Source: an uncultured Candidatus Marinamargulisbacteria bacterium
Lineage (GTDB): Bacteria > Margulisbacteria > Marinamargulisbacteria > CAZFTP01
Direction of reading: 5' to 3'
DNA: 64,000 nucleotides
Assembly (NCBI GenBank): GCA_964521915.1
Contig: CAZFTP010000002.1
Coordinates: 159,675-223,674, forward strand
The notes beneath the pieces are model-generated. The model worked only from the letters and a program-made list of their open reading frames with translations, searched no databases and was not told the DNA's origin. The translations under genes and the position numbers were made by a program. Positions 45,325-55,952 of the stretch are shown here, piece by piece. The number at the start of each line of letters is the position of its first letter. Positions within the stretch are counted from its first letter, which is position 1.

Positions 45325-45346
45325 TCAGTAAATTTGGAGGTAATAG

Positions 45347-47968
45347 ATGCGTAATATCTATTTTTTTAATAATAATTTTGGCTTAGAGCAAGTAGGGGGA
45401 AAAGGTTTATCTTTAATTAAAATGACGCAGGCAGGTTTACCTGTACCGCCCGGTTTTATTTTGGCAACAGATTTTTTTCTTCCCTGGGAAGAAGAGTTAA
45501 AATCATTGGCAGAATGGAAAAAAACAGATCTTAGAAAAAACTTATCAGAATTAATAGACGCTTTGAAAAAAGCGTCTCAAAATTTAAAGTTAACCAAAGA
45601 TCAAAAAGAAGAATTAAATAAGGCATTAAGTGATTTTCCTGAAGCAAAGGATATGCTTTTCTCCGTAAGATCATCTTCACCCGAAGAAGATTTGGCAGGT
45701 GCTTCTTTTGCCGGAATCTATGAAACTGTTTTAGGCGTAAATCTGGAAAATATAGAAAAAGCTATTTTAACGGTTTTTCAATCTCAATTAGATTTAAGAG
45801 CTTTTGAATATAAATATCATCATGGGTTTGATATTACTAAACTTAAAATTGCGGTTATTATTCAAACTCAAATTGCCAGTGAATCTGCCGGAGTAGGTTT
45901 TTCTATTAATCCTCTGAATAATTGTTATGATGAAGTAGTAATTAACGCAAATTGGGGGTTAGGCGAAAGTATAGTTTCCGGTGATGTTACCCCAGATACT
46001 TATTTGATTAATAAATATACCAACGAAATTATATCAAAAGAAGTAGGTTCAAAAACGCAGAGCTATTTTCTTACCAAAAATGGGATTGAAACAAAACAAA
46101 ATAAAAATCCAAAGGATTTTGTTCTTTCAGAAGATAAAATCCTGGAATTAAAAGAATTAATTCTAAAAGTTGAAAAATATTACCAAATGCCTATGGATAC
46201 GGAATGGGCTTTTTACAAAGACACCTTGTTTTTGTTACAAGCTAGACCAATTACAACTTATCTACCGTTACCTCCTAAAATTCTTACTAAACCAGGTGAA
46301 AAACCGCAATTATACTTAGATTTAACCTTAGTAGAGCAAGGTATACAAGGGGCTCTTTCTCCGATAGGAATTAGCTGGTTTGGCGGAATTACCGAAACTA
46401 TGATTTTTGAAGCAACCAATATACCTGATTTAGGATGCGATTTAAAAGATGGGTTAGCAGATTCGGTTGGTGGTAGAACCTATCTAAGTATTTCTAATCT
46501 ATTATGGTTGATGAAGGCTAAAGCTTTAGCGGGTGAATTTGCCAGTCTAGATACTTATGCGGCTAGAATATTAGAACAAATTAATGAGAAAGATTACAAA
46601 TCGATTAAAAAACCTAGTACTTTCAAAGGAATAATATGGAAATCGCTTTATCATACCGGTGGTTTAATGAAAGATACTATGGTGGGTATTATTTTCCCAC
46701 AAAAACTTAATGCCAAATATGAACGTGGTGTAAAACAATATTTAGCAGATGTTGAAGCACTTAAAAAGGAAAAGTTGGATATTCTCAGTTTATACGAAAA
46801 AACCGTGAAACTGGGGGTAGATTTAATGATGAAAATTACGCTACCTACTCTTATGGATGCAGAAATGGCAAAGGCTGAACTTAAATCTATGTTTAAAAAA
46901 GATCCGCAAGAAATTCAAGATTTAGTTGATTGTCTGGATCGTGCTTTACCGAGGAATGTTACTACAGAAATGGGGTTAGCAATTTATCATATGGCAAGGC
47001 AAATAAAACCGCAAGAATATCAAGATTTAGATAAATTAGCTAAAAAAATTGAAGCTAAAGACATGCCTAAGGAATTTCTTGCAGATTGGCAAAATTTTAT
47101 GGCGAAATTTGGTTTTAGGGGTCCAAAAGAAATCGATGTTTTATCCGAAAGATATATGGATAATCCGATAATTTTATTAAATCAAATGGCAAATTTTGCA
47201 GAAATTAAGGATGATAAACTAAATCCTCAAGCTCAGTTTGAAATTAAAGCCAAAGAAAGAAAAGATGCCTATGAAAAACTTTTGGAATATACTAAAAAAC
47301 ACCTGATTAAAAATAAAATTTTCAAGAAAATGTATAAAATCCTGGAAGAATTTGGCGGTTTAAGAGAAGTTCATAAATACTACCTGGTAATGATAAATCA
47401 TTATTTAAGAATAAAGCTATTAGAAGAGGGTGCTAAATTAGTTAAATTAGGTAGATTAGATAAACCGGAAGATATTTTTTATCTTTATATTAATGAATTG
47501 AGAGAAGGGCTTGAACATCAAGCAACAAACTTGAAAGCACTTGCAAAAGTAAATAAAGAATTTAGTGATAGGTTAATGCAAGTTCCTTCTTTTCCGCCAT
47601 TAGTAGATTCTCGGGGTAGAATTCTTGCTCCGCCAAAAAGAAAAGCCGGTCCTGGCGAATTAATCGGGGATCCGGTAAGTAACGGGGTAATAAAAGGTCC
47701 GGTTAAGATTTTACATACTTCCGATGAAAAGAAAGTGGAACCAGGTGATATTTTGGTTATTAGATCAGCAGATCCGGGTTGGACACCGCTTTTTATTACT
47801 GCCGGTGCGGTAATTCTAGAAGTTGGCGGTATGTTACAGCATGGTTCAATCATTGCCAGAGAATACGGAAAACCTTGTATTGCTGGTATAGATGGGGTCA
47901 TGGATAAACTAAAAGATGGACAAATGGTAGAAGTTAACGGGCAAGAAGGAATTGTAAAAATTTTATAA
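45347..47968 (+). CDS. PEP-utilising / pyruvate-water-dikinase-like enzyme with rifampicin-phosphotransferase-type architecture
   Basis: N-terminal ATP-grasp VGGKGLSLIKMTQAGLPVPPGF; C-terminal swivel His domain DPGWTPLFITAGAVILEVGGMLQHGSIIAREYGKPCIAG. Confidence 0.8.
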   Translation: MRNIYFFNNNFGLEQVGGKGLSLIKMTQAGLPVPPGFILATDFFLPWEEELKSLAEWKKTDLRKNLSELIDALKKASQNLKLTKDQKEELNKALSDFPEAKDMLFSVRSSSPEEDLAGASFAGIYETVLGVNLENIEKAILTVFQSQLDLRAFEYKYHHGFDITKLKIAVIIQTQIASESAGVGFSINPLNNCYDEVVINANWGLGESIVSGDVTPDTYLINKYTNEIISKEVGSKTQSYFLTKNGIETKQNKNPKDFVLSEDKILELKELILKVEKYYQMPMDTEWAFYKDTLFLLQARPITTYLPLPPKILTKPGEKPQLYLDLTLVEQGIQGALSPIGISWFGGITETMIFEATNIPDLGCDLKDGLADSVGGRTYLSISNLLWLMKAKALAGEFASLDTYAARILEQINEKDYKSIKKPSTFKGIIWKSLYHTGGLMKDTMVGIIFPQKLNAKYERGVKQYLADVEALKKEKLDILSLYEKTVKLGVDLMMKITLPTLMDAEMAKAELKSMFKKDPQEIQDLVDCLDRALPRNVTTEMGLAIYHMARQIKPQEYQDLDKLAKKIEAKDMPKEFLADWQNFMAKFGFRGPKEIDVLSERYMDNPIILLNQMANFAEIKDDKLNPQAQFEIKAKERKDAYEKLLEYTKKHLIKNKIFKKMYKILEEFGGLREVHKYYLVMINHYLRIKLLEEGAKLVKLGRLDKPEDIFYLYINELREGLEHQATNLKALAKVNKEFSDRLMQVPSFPPLVDSRGRILAPPKRKAGPGELIGDPVSNGVIKGPVKILHTSDEKKVEPGDILVIRSADPGWTPLFITAGAVILEVGGMLQHGSIIAREYGKPCIAGIDGVMDKLKDGQMVEVNGQEGIVKIL

Positions 47969-47987
47969 ATCCTTGAAGATTTAGATT

Positions 47988-49160
47988 CTAATTTATGAAA
48001 TTAGTAATTAAGTTTTGGATTTCTCGCCAGCAAATAATGGCGGTTTGATTTCTTGTATAGGATTCTTCGCCACCATAAATGATGCCACGATTTTGAATTT
48101 TATATTTTAGAGTTTTTAAGAAATCTAAACCTTTAAAGAAATCAGGATTTATAGTTCTTGCGGCTTTTATCTCTATAGCATTTATCTGAATAACCTTGTC
48201 AAAGATAACATCAACTTCATGACCGGCATGATCGCGAAAGAAAAAGAGATTTTCCATTAATACTCGATTATAAATGATTTTTAAAATTTCACTGATTACA
48301 TAAGTTTCAAAAATAGACCCAAATAAAGGGTGATTATTAAGTTGTTCAGGTTTTTTTATATTTAATAAACAACAAACTAAGCCAGTATCATAAAAAAATA
48401 ATTTAGGTGCTTTTACGTAACGTTTATTTTGTTTTTGATAATAAGGATAAATTATTTTAATAATATAAGAGGCCTCTAAAATAGAAAGCCAGTTTTTTAC
48501 GGTTTTTTGATCTATGCCAATATCATTTGATATGGAACTATAGTTTAAGATTTGACCGGTTCTACCCGCAATTAACTTCAAAAAGATTTCAAATACGGAT
48601 AAATCCTTTATATTTATTAGGTTACGTAAATCTCTTTCGATATAGGTATTAATATAAAACATTAAAGCTTCAGTTGGGTTTAAATTTTCTTTAAAAATTC
48701 GGGGATAGAATCCCTTAAATAAAACTTCTGTTAAATTAATTGTTTTATTATTGTGATAGATTTCTTGGTAACTAAAAGGTAAAAGTTTAATTAAAGCGGT
48801 TCTTCCGGCAAGGGATTGAGTTAAATTAGACATAATTTCAAATTGTTGACTACCAGTTAAAATATATAAGCCATTTTTTTGTTTTGCATCAACAATAGTC
48901 TGGATATAAGAGGTTAAAGCAGGTGCTTTTTGGATTTCATCAAAAACAGCTCCATCCGGATATTGAGATAAGAACCCTTTAGGGTCATTATTCGCAAAAT
49001 CACGTTGATCTAAATCTTCTAAAGAAATATAGGGTTTATTCGGAAATATTTGTTGGCAAAGAGTGGTTTTTCCTGATTGTCTGGGACCTGTTATGGTTAT
49101 AACTGGATATTGTTTAACAATACTTAAAATTTTTTCCGTAATAGAGCGATTTATTAACAT
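47988..49160 (-). CDS. AAA-type ATPase with DUF4143-like C-terminal domain
   Basis: Walker A GPRQSGKTTL. The size and layout are typical of AAA_14/DUF4143 proteins. Confidence 0.7.
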   Translation of the reverse strand: MLINRSITEKILSIVKQYPVITITGPRQSGKTTLCQQIFPNKPYISLEDLDQRDFANNDPKGFLSQYPDGAVFDEIQKAPALTSYIQTIVDAKQKNGLYILTGSQQFEIMSNLTQSLAGRTALIKLLPFSYQEIYHNNKTINLTEVLFKGFYPRIFKENLNPTEALMFYINTYIERDLRNLINIKDLSVFEIFLKLIAGRTGQILNYSSISNDIGIDQKTVKNWLSILEASYIIKIIYPYYQKQNKRYVKAPKLFFYDTGLVCCLLNIKKPEQLNNHPLFGSIFETYVISEILKIIYNRVLMENLFFFRDHAGHEVDVIFDKVIQINAIEIKAARTINPDFFKGLDFLKTLKYKIQNRGIIYGGEESYTRNQTAIICWREIQNLITNFIN

Positions 49161-49203
49161 ATATTTAGTATAAAATATGTAAATCCGGAATTCAAGTCCT
49201 AAT

Positions 49204-50928
49204 TTACAGGTTTTTTGATATTCGTTCTAATGCGTTATGTAGTTTGATAAAATTATCCAAATAACAAGCTGATTTGCATAAGCAATTTACACAATTGTTT
49301 ATACTGGTGCATCTTGGTAAGGGTAACCCAGAAAATTTTCTGGGTTTAATTTCCAGGGGATCATTATTATAGAAACTTGCGTAATTATGGTTAATTAAAT
49401 GTGTAAAATAATTACCATATTTAAACAACCAAAAATGATCTTCAAGTATTTCTAGTATTTCATTTTTAGTTTTCTTATTTAGTTTGAGTTCGCAATATTT
49501 GGCTAATATAGCTTTTAAATCAAATACCCCATATGTATCTTTTTTGATAACTTTTAAAGCTAATTCATAGTTTTTGACTTCCAAAAAAATGAAACACATA
49601 AATATTTCGGCTTCAATATTAAAATTGACAGGGATACGTAAAAATAGATTTTGTAACTGATCTCTAATTTTTTTAGTAAAGAGAAAAGAAGTATTTAGCC
49701 GTTTAGCTAAAATACCAGCTAGTTGTGATATTTTTTGGAAACTAGTTTTATCATCAATTTCACAAATGGTATTAATAATCTGATCAATTACTTCTGTGCA
49801 ATAAAAGTATTCGTCTTTATTTAGCGGTTGAGGTGCAGACATACCAGAGATATAAATATAATAAGACGGGAAACCTAAAAAAGAGAAGTCTTTTACATAA
49901 ATTTGGTGTTTATTTTTTGATAAATGATTCAGTAAGAATTGAAGATAAAATTTGTTTGATTCGTTAGTTTTGGTAAAAGCGGTTTTATAATTAGGTTTTT
50001 GATTATTAATCAGAAGTAAATTAAGTAAATTTTCCGGATTGTTAAAAATATCAATTTCTACATTTATCTTTTTTAGATATTGAGAATAGCAATGCCATAA
50101 AGATTTAGTACCTTGATATATTTCGGTTATACAACGAGTAAGCGCTATTTCAAAAACAGGGTCAGATCCAAAAGCTATACCAAATACGTCTTTTTGATGG
50201 TCTATGATTATTACCGCTAAAACCGGAATTTTTCCGTTTAAAGTGCAATCTTTTATAATTATTTCTAATTTTTTTTCTTTTAATTCGTTTAATAATTTAA
50301 TCGTAATTTGGTCTGTAATTGGTAAATTTTCAAGTGGAATATTTGGAAAAGATTTTATTTTTCCTAAAGCGAAATCACGAATAATAAACCGTTCCATAAT
50401 TTCACAAATACCTTGGCATAAGGCTTCTTCTTTGGTATTTCCAGCGCACATACCAGTACTTCCGGTAGAATTTAACATTAAATAATACGGTAGAGTAACT
50501 ATTTTGTATTCAAAAACAGATTCAAATGTTAAACAGGGTAATTTTTCAAGAATGACATTTTCTTCTATTAATTCCGAAAATAATTCAGGAAATTCATTTT
50601 TTAGTTTCTTAGCGTTTTGCCAAGAGAAATCAGGGTGAAAATAGTTTTTGGGTATAATCTTACCCACTTGACCTAGCCATTCATGGGTATAGCATTGTAA
50701 ACGTTCCATAAATTCAGCATAGGCGCTGGCTAATGCTAGTTCTTTGGTAAGCCCTTTTCCGTTAGCATAGATTAAAGGATATTCATTACAGATTAAGTGA
50801 CAAGAATAGCAATGATTATAAGAATGAAAAAAAATAGGTTCTTTTTGAAAAGTAATACCAAGATCAGCTAAAATTTTTTTAATTTTTGCAATAGTTGTTT
50901 TAGGTTTAGCATCTTTATGTTGATTCAT
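49204..50928 (-). CDS. ycaO: YcaO-family protein (E. coli-like stand-alone type)
   Basis: ANGKGLTKELALASAYAEFMERL and GMCAGNTKEEALCQGICEIMERF. Confidence 0.8.
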   Translation of the reverse strand: MNQHKDAKPKTTIAKIKKILADLGITFQKEPIFFHSYNHCYSCHLICNEYPLIYANGKGLTKELALASAYAEFMERLQCYTHEWLGQVGKIIPKNYFHPDFSWQNAKKLKNEFPELFSELIEENVILEKLPCLTFESVFEYKIVTLPYYLMLNSTGSTGMCAGNTKEEALCQGICEIMERFIIRDFALGKIKSFPNIPLENLPITDQITIKLLNELKEKKLEIIIKDCTLNGKIPVLAVIIIDHQKDVFGIAFGSDPVFEIALTRCITEIYQGTKSLWHCYSQYLKKINVEIDIFNNPENLLNLLLINNQKPNYKTAFTKTNESNKFYLQFLLNHLSKNKHQIYVKDFSFLGFPSYYIYISGMSAPQPLNKDEYFYCTEVIDQIINTICEIDDKTSFQKISQLAGILAKRLNTSFLFTKKIRDQLQNLFLRIPVNFNIEAEIFMCFIFLEVKNYELALKVIKKDTYGVFDLKAILAKYCELKLNKKTKNEILEILEDHFWLFKYGNYFTHLINHNYASFYNNDPLEIKPRKFSGLPLPRCTSINNCVNCLCKSACYLDNFIKLHNALERISKNL

Positions 50929-50939
50929 TTATTTTAATA

Positions 50940-52949
50940 TTAAAGCTTAAATAAAAAAGTTAAACCAAAGTTTTTTATTGGTTTTAGTTTAGATTTATTA
51001 ACAAATTCAGCTGTTTCCGGACGAGCTAAAATAAGTAAATAGTTAATATTTTTTTTTCTTAATTCAACGATCATTTGGTTAATATCAGATAAAGCTAAAA
51101 TAGAATTAAAAGATTTGTTTAATATTTTTCCATTTTTAATTTCATGCGCTCCAATTCTGGCAAATAGAGTATTAGCCCTGGAATTCCCTCTTATAAATGA
51201 ATAATAATTGCGGTCAGTACCCCATTCTTGAGAAATTGGTGTAATATTAGCTACTAAATCGTCTTTTTTTATGATTTTTTCTAAATACCTGCACATTCTA
51301 ATATCAGAATGATTAATAAAAACACTTACCGGTGTAAGATGAAAACCAGGAGCAAGAAAAAACAACCAAATTAGAATAAACAAAATAAAAAAAGATTTTT
51401 GAAATTGCGGGAAATGAGTTATTAAAATTTTGTAGCCTAAGCCTACAGATAAAATCCAAATGCCTATTACACTAAAAGAGGCTTGAAACGTTGCGGTAAA
51501 ATGATACGGGGCTGTTGAGCCAAATAAACCATTAATCAGGTTAGCCCCTAAAAACCAAGTGATTAATAAAAAAAGAGGGAAAAATTGCTTTTCTTTTTCT
51601 TGCCAATAATATTTATATCCAAATAAAGCCAGAAAAAGAAAAATAAAGAAAAAAGAAAGATAAAAGGTATCGTTATTTAACCACCGTAATAAGTTATTAA
51701 TAAAAATGGTAGGGGTAAGATCTTTTAAAAGCATAGCTGGTTGGCTAAGATATAAAGTTTGTCCAGATCCCAACCAAATAATATAAATAATACTTAAGCA
51801 AAGAATAATCCCTCCCCAGATAAAATGAAAATGTCTTTCTTTTTTTATGATATTTTTCATAAAGTTAACCAGAAAAACTAATAAAAAAGGCAAAGAAACA
51901 ATCGGATGCACAATTATACCGGCAGATAAAATTAATAAAGCGAGATTTATTTTCTTTGTAATAAGAAAATAAATCATTTGTAGCCCTAAAAAATAAGCTA
52001 ACATTTCTTGAACCTGACCACCTGTTAAACCATAATATCCGGTAATAGTTAAATTTAGAGAAAAGAGAAGAATAATAAAAATATTTAATTTAAACAAACG
52101 TGCTAAGTTTCTAATAGCCATAATGAGTAAAAAATAACTTAAAAACCAAATAAGCAATAAAGCTTCACTGGCTCTTAAATTTAATAATTGAGCAATACCC
52201 CAACCAAAGGAGCTTAAACCAGCAGGGTATCTGATAAAAAACCATTCATCGTAATAGCCGGTACTAGCATGATGAAGTGTTTTACCTTGAAAAATATAAC
52301 CCATTATTTCTGATTGGGTAGTTATATCCGCATCTGGCGGAGCAGGTGTGAACAAATAAGGTGCTAAAGGGAGTAAAATAACCAATAGTAAAATTAAGTA
52401 TTCTGGTTTCAATAAGGATTTTAAAAAATTAAAAATAGAAGGGAAATTTAATTCATCTTTTAAAATTTTATTTCCAACAAAGATAATAATAACAGTAGTA
52501 GTAACAATAAAATGAATAATAATTGTTGGTCTATTTAATAAATAATTTAGTTTTAAGAATACACTGAAAAAACTAATAAGTAGAACGAAAACTAAGCCTA
52601 AAGTTAATTTATTAATAGAATTAGAAGTGTTAATAAAAAAATCACCTATTTTGTAGAAAATTATTAGTAGAATAGTAATATCCGCAATAATACTTAATAA
52701 GCCAAGAGGGGTATCGTATGCATACATAAAAAATGTTCTCATTAAAAAAGGAGTAATGAAAAAAAGAAACATGATAGTTAATAAATAATATTTTTGAAAT
52801 TTTTTCGGAATGATAATAAATAGTAAAGTTAAACAAATAATAATCAAAGTCAAAAAACTGAAATTGGTAATAAATAAATTAATTCTTTCTCCTAAACTAG
52901 GGTTATTTATAAAAGGTTGGAAAAAAGAAAAATTTAAAAGAGTTTTCAT
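50940..52949 (-). CDS. Polytopic membrane protein, possible GT-C-fold glycosyltransferase
   Basis: More than 12 hydrophobic segments and an operon context with GT2 and another GT-C-like protein. No catalytic motif verified. Confidence 0.45.
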   Translation of the reverse strand: MKTLLNFSFFQPFINNPSLGERINLFITNFSFLTLIIICLTLLFIIIPKKFQKYYLLTIMFLFFITPFLMRTFFMYAYDTPLGLLSIIADITILLIIFYKIGDFFINTSNSINKLTLGLVFVLLISFFSVFLKLNYLLNRPTIIIHFIVTTTVIIIFVGNKILKDELNFPSIFNFLKSLLKPEYLILLLVILLPLAPYLFTPAPPDADITTQSEIMGYIFQGKTLHHASTGYYDEWFFIRYPAGLSSFGWGIAQLLNLRASEALLLIWFLSYFLLIMAIRNLARLFKLNIFIILLFSLNLTITGYYGLTGGQVQEMLAYFLGLQMIYFLITKKINLALLILSAGIIVHPIVSLPFLLVFLVNFMKNIIKKERHFHFIWGGIILCLSIIYIIWLGSGQTLYLSQPAMLLKDLTPTIFINNLLRWLNNDTFYLSFFFIFLFLALFGYKYYWQEKEKQFFPLFLLITWFLGANLINGLFGSTAPYHFTATFQASFSVIGIWILSVGLGYKILITHFPQFQKSFFILFILIWLFFLAPGFHLTPVSVFINHSDIRMCRYLEKIIKKDDLVANITPISQEWGTDRNYYSFIRGNSRANTLFARIGAHEIKNGKILNKSFNSILALSDINQMIVELRKKNINYLLILARPETAEFVNKSKLKPIKNFGLTFLFKL

Positions 52950-52972
52950 TATTTATATTTTAAATCTCGTTT

Positions 52973-54394
52973 TTAATAAAATTTAATTTTGTTAAGAGTA
53001 AATATTAACATTTTAAACAATAGCCAACCATGTTTAAACCTACTGATATTAGTTGTACCATATTTTCTTTCCTGATACCGAATCGGTAAATCAATTATTT
53101 TTAAGTTCATTTTAAAAGCCCCAAAAATTAAATCGAAATCTCCAAATGGATCAAAATTTCCAAAATAATCACGGTTTTTTGCTAATTCTTGATAGTCTTT
53201 CTTAAACATTACTTTGGTACCGCAAAGAGTATCTTTTATCCTTTGCCCTAAAATCCAGGAAAACATAATACTAAAAAACTTATTTGCCAGCATATTTAAG
53301 TATTGCATAGATTGTTTTTCTAAAGGATAAACTAATCTTGAGCCATTAATAAAATCGCCTTTTCCGGAAATTAATGTTTGATAGAATTTGGGTAATTCTT
53401 CAGGCATTACGGTTAAATCTCCATCTAAAATCATCAGAATATCATTGTTGGCATGGGCAAAACCTTTTCTTACGGCATCGCCTTTACCTTTACCATTTTG
53501 TATATAATATTTGATATCATGAGTTTGTTGGTATTTTTCTTTTATTTCTTTGATTTTTTCTAAAGTATTATCAGTAGAATTACCTTCAACAAAAATTATT
53601 TCTAAAGATTTTCCAAATTTTGGCATTCTTTTAATTGCATTTTCAATTGAACCTGCTTCATTTTTAGTTGGGATAATTACGGAAACAGAATGATCCTTTT
53701 TAATAAATGAAGGAGTTTTTCTCACAATTAAATAATTAACTAAACATAAATTATTAATTAAAGGTAATTTAGCAAAATATTTATTAATAAGGAAGGAAAT
53801 TAACGGGATTTTAATAGGAAAAAGAAAACGTTTTTCCGTTCTGATAATTTCAAATCCTGCTAAATATAGAAAGCTTTTTAGATCATCAGTATTAAGCCAA
53901 TTTTGTGGGGGTTGTTTGCTTTTTAAATTAAATAATTCAGTTAATTTTAAAATAGGTTGCCAAAACCAATTATAATAAGTAAAAACAATTCTGGTTGAAT
54001 TATCACAAATAGATTTAACATTTTCTAAAAATTTTTGAATATCAATTAAAAAACCCAAAACATCAGAACAAATAATATAATCAAAATGATCTGTTATCTG
54101 AGGGTTTTCAATATCCTGTTCTAAAAAAGCAAATTCGGGAAAATTTTTTTTGGCAATTTTTAGCATTTCAGAGGAAAAATCAACACCAACTCCATTTGCT
54201 GGTTTTAAAGCGGCTAAAGTTTCCCCAGTACCACAGCCCAGTTCAATTATTTTCTTATTTTTAGGAATAATGAATTTTAAATAATGTTCTAAATCTTCAT
54301 AATAATAATGATTTTTTTTACGAAAATAATTTCTTTTTTTTGCAATAGAGTTAAAGTAAGTAATTAATGCTTCTTTTTTCATTTTTGATACCAC
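52973..54394 (-). CDS. Bifunctional SAM-methyltransferase / family-2 glycosyltransferase (polyprenyl-phosphate sugar synthase-like)
   Basis: ELGCGTGE (methyltransferase); VSVIIPTKNEAGSI, ILDGDL (GT2 DxD); C-terminal hydrophobic segment. Confidence 0.8.
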   Translation of the reverse strand: MVSKMKKEALITYFNSIAKKRNYFRKKNHYYYEDLEHYLKFIIPKNKKIIELGCGTGETLAALKPANGVGVDFSSEMLKIAKKNFPEFAFLEQDIENPQITDHFDYIICSDVLGFLIDIQKFLENVKSICDNSTRIVFTYYNWFWQPILKLTELFNLKSKQPPQNWLNTDDLKSFLYLAGFEIIRTEKRFLFPIKIPLISFLINKYFAKLPLINNLCLVNYLIVRKTPSFIKKDHSVSVIIPTKNEAGSIENAIKRMPKFGKSLEIIFVEGNSTDNTLEKIKEIKEKYQQTHDIKYYIQNGKGKGDAVRKGFAHANNDILMILDGDLTVMPEELPKFYQTLISGKGDFINGSRLVYPLEKQSMQYLNMLANKFFSIMFSWILGQRIKDTLCGTKVMFKKDYQELAKNRDYFGNFDPFGDFDLIFGAFKMNLKIIDLPIRYQERKYGTTNISRFKHGWLLFKMLIFTLNKIKFY

Positions 54395-55680
54395 TTAAGA
54401 CGTGCTGTATATTTTTGCCCAGACCAAAAATTACCAAATTCTAATGCATTATTTTTTTGAATGTTCTCCGCAATATTATATTTCTCTTGATCAACAATTT
54501 TTCTTATTTGATTTAATCTATTATTAATTAAGTAGCTATTATAAGTGAAAATAAAAATGAAAATAACAAAAGTCAAAAGATTAAAATATTTTGAGGGAAT
54601 TTTTTTAGAAACATGATAAAGCAATATTACCAAACAAAAACCAGATAACGAAAATGCTGGTAGCATGTATCTAATATTATAATGTTTACCAACAATAATT
54701 AATTGTAATATTTGGGTTAATACACACCCAGATAAAAGATAAAAAATTAGGTTTTTTTTCTTTTTTAAATTAATAATAATAAAAATAATGGAAAGAACTA
54801 AAATAAGCGTAAATAGCCAGTTAGAAGAAATAATGTTTAATACATGGTTCCATGTACGAAAAATATCTATACCAACTTCACCATGTCCATAATTATCTTG
54901 GTGCGTAATTATTCTTAAAACCCAACCAGTTATAGATTTGTATCTGGTAATAATAGGGAGAGTAAAAATGAAAAAACTGATTATTACACCTAGTAAAAAG
55001 GGGGTTATTTTTTTTTCTTTCCAAAATAAAATACCCGGAATTAAAATTAGAGGGAAACAACTTATTTTTATGGCTAAACCTAACCCCATAATAAAAGAAA
55101 ACAAAAAAAGATAAATTTTAATATGTTTTTTCAGATTAAATTTTAATAAACTTATTAATAATATTATTATTGACAAGGTTATTATGAGTAATAATGGTTC
55201 CGGAGTAATCCGATTAAAAGATTCCATTATTACTGATGAAAATAGCGGAGTAGATTGTATTATTAAGGCTAAAATAATTTTTTTAGTGATTAGATACGTA
55301 ATAACACCTAGAAAAAAAATCGTAACAAAAATCATTAAATTTATGATAAAGTTAATTTGAAATAAATACTTCTCCGGTGTATTTAAAACAATAGTCTCTA
55401 TTTTTTGTGAGTTTACGAGAGGGTATTGTATTTTAATAATTATGGCACCTAGAACTTGTAATGGGGTACCCGGATGATCAATATGCCAAGGTGGTATACC
55501 GTGAATAACATTTAGAGCATTAAATAGATACGCATATTCAGGGTCAAAATGTTGACCTCTGTAACTAGTAGTCAAATAATTAGGACCACTGTTTTTTTGT
55601 AAAACAAAAGCCCAAGAAAAAAATAAGATAGGTAAAAGCAATAAAATAAATAGGATAATAATTTTTTTATTAATTTTCAT
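54379..55680 (-). CDS. Polytopic membrane protein, ArnT/PMT-like GT-C glycosyltransferase candidate
   Basis: About 11 TM segments, and an early extracytoplasmic loop DPEYAYLFNALNVIHGIPPWHIDHPGTPL reminiscent of GT39/GT83 first loops. Confidence 0.5.
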   Translation of the reverse strand: MKINKKIIILFILLLLPILFFSWAFVLQKNSGPNYLTTSYRGQHFDPEYAYLFNALNVIHGIPPWHIDHPGTPLQVLGAIIIKIQYPLVNSQKIETIVLNTPEKYLFQINFIINLMIFVTIFFLGVITYLITKKIILALIIQSTPLFSSVIMESFNRITPEPLLLIITLSIIILLISLLKFNLKKHIKIYLFLFSFIMGLGLAIKISCFPLILIPGILFWKEKKITPFLLGVIISFFIFTLPIITRYKSITGWVLRIITHQDNYGHGEVGIDIFRTWNHVLNIISSNWLFTLILVLSIIFIIINLKKKKNLIFYLLSGCVLTQILQLIIVGKHYNIRYMLPAFSLSGFCLVILLYHVSKKIPSKYFNLLTFVIFIFIFTYNSYLINNRLNQIRKIVDQEKYNIAENIQKNNALEFGNFWSGQKYTARLKWYQK

Positions 55681-55952
55681 AAATTGTAACTTTTTTTATT
55701 TGAAATTTTTATGTTTTATTTACAATATTTATTAATTCTAGCATAGATTTTGAGCCTGGTGCAAAATTATCACCCATAGTACGTTAAAATTAATTTTTGG
55801 TACTTATTTATAACCATAAACTCCGAGTCAAAAATTAATTTATGCTTTCTATTTTTGAGAAAATTTTTCATTTCGCGACAGACTCATTTTGTTTTTGAAT
55901 TAATAAAATAAAAATATTTGACAAGATATCTTTTTAAAATTATAAATGGATA

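Noticed and set aside
49204-50928. YcaO as the core of a thiazole/oxazole or thioamide RiPP cluster
   Set aside because: No precursor-peptide-like small ORF, E1-like or Ocin-ThiF partner, dehydrogenase or TfuA gene lies nearby. The N-terminal motifs resemble the stand-alone E. coli-type YcaO.
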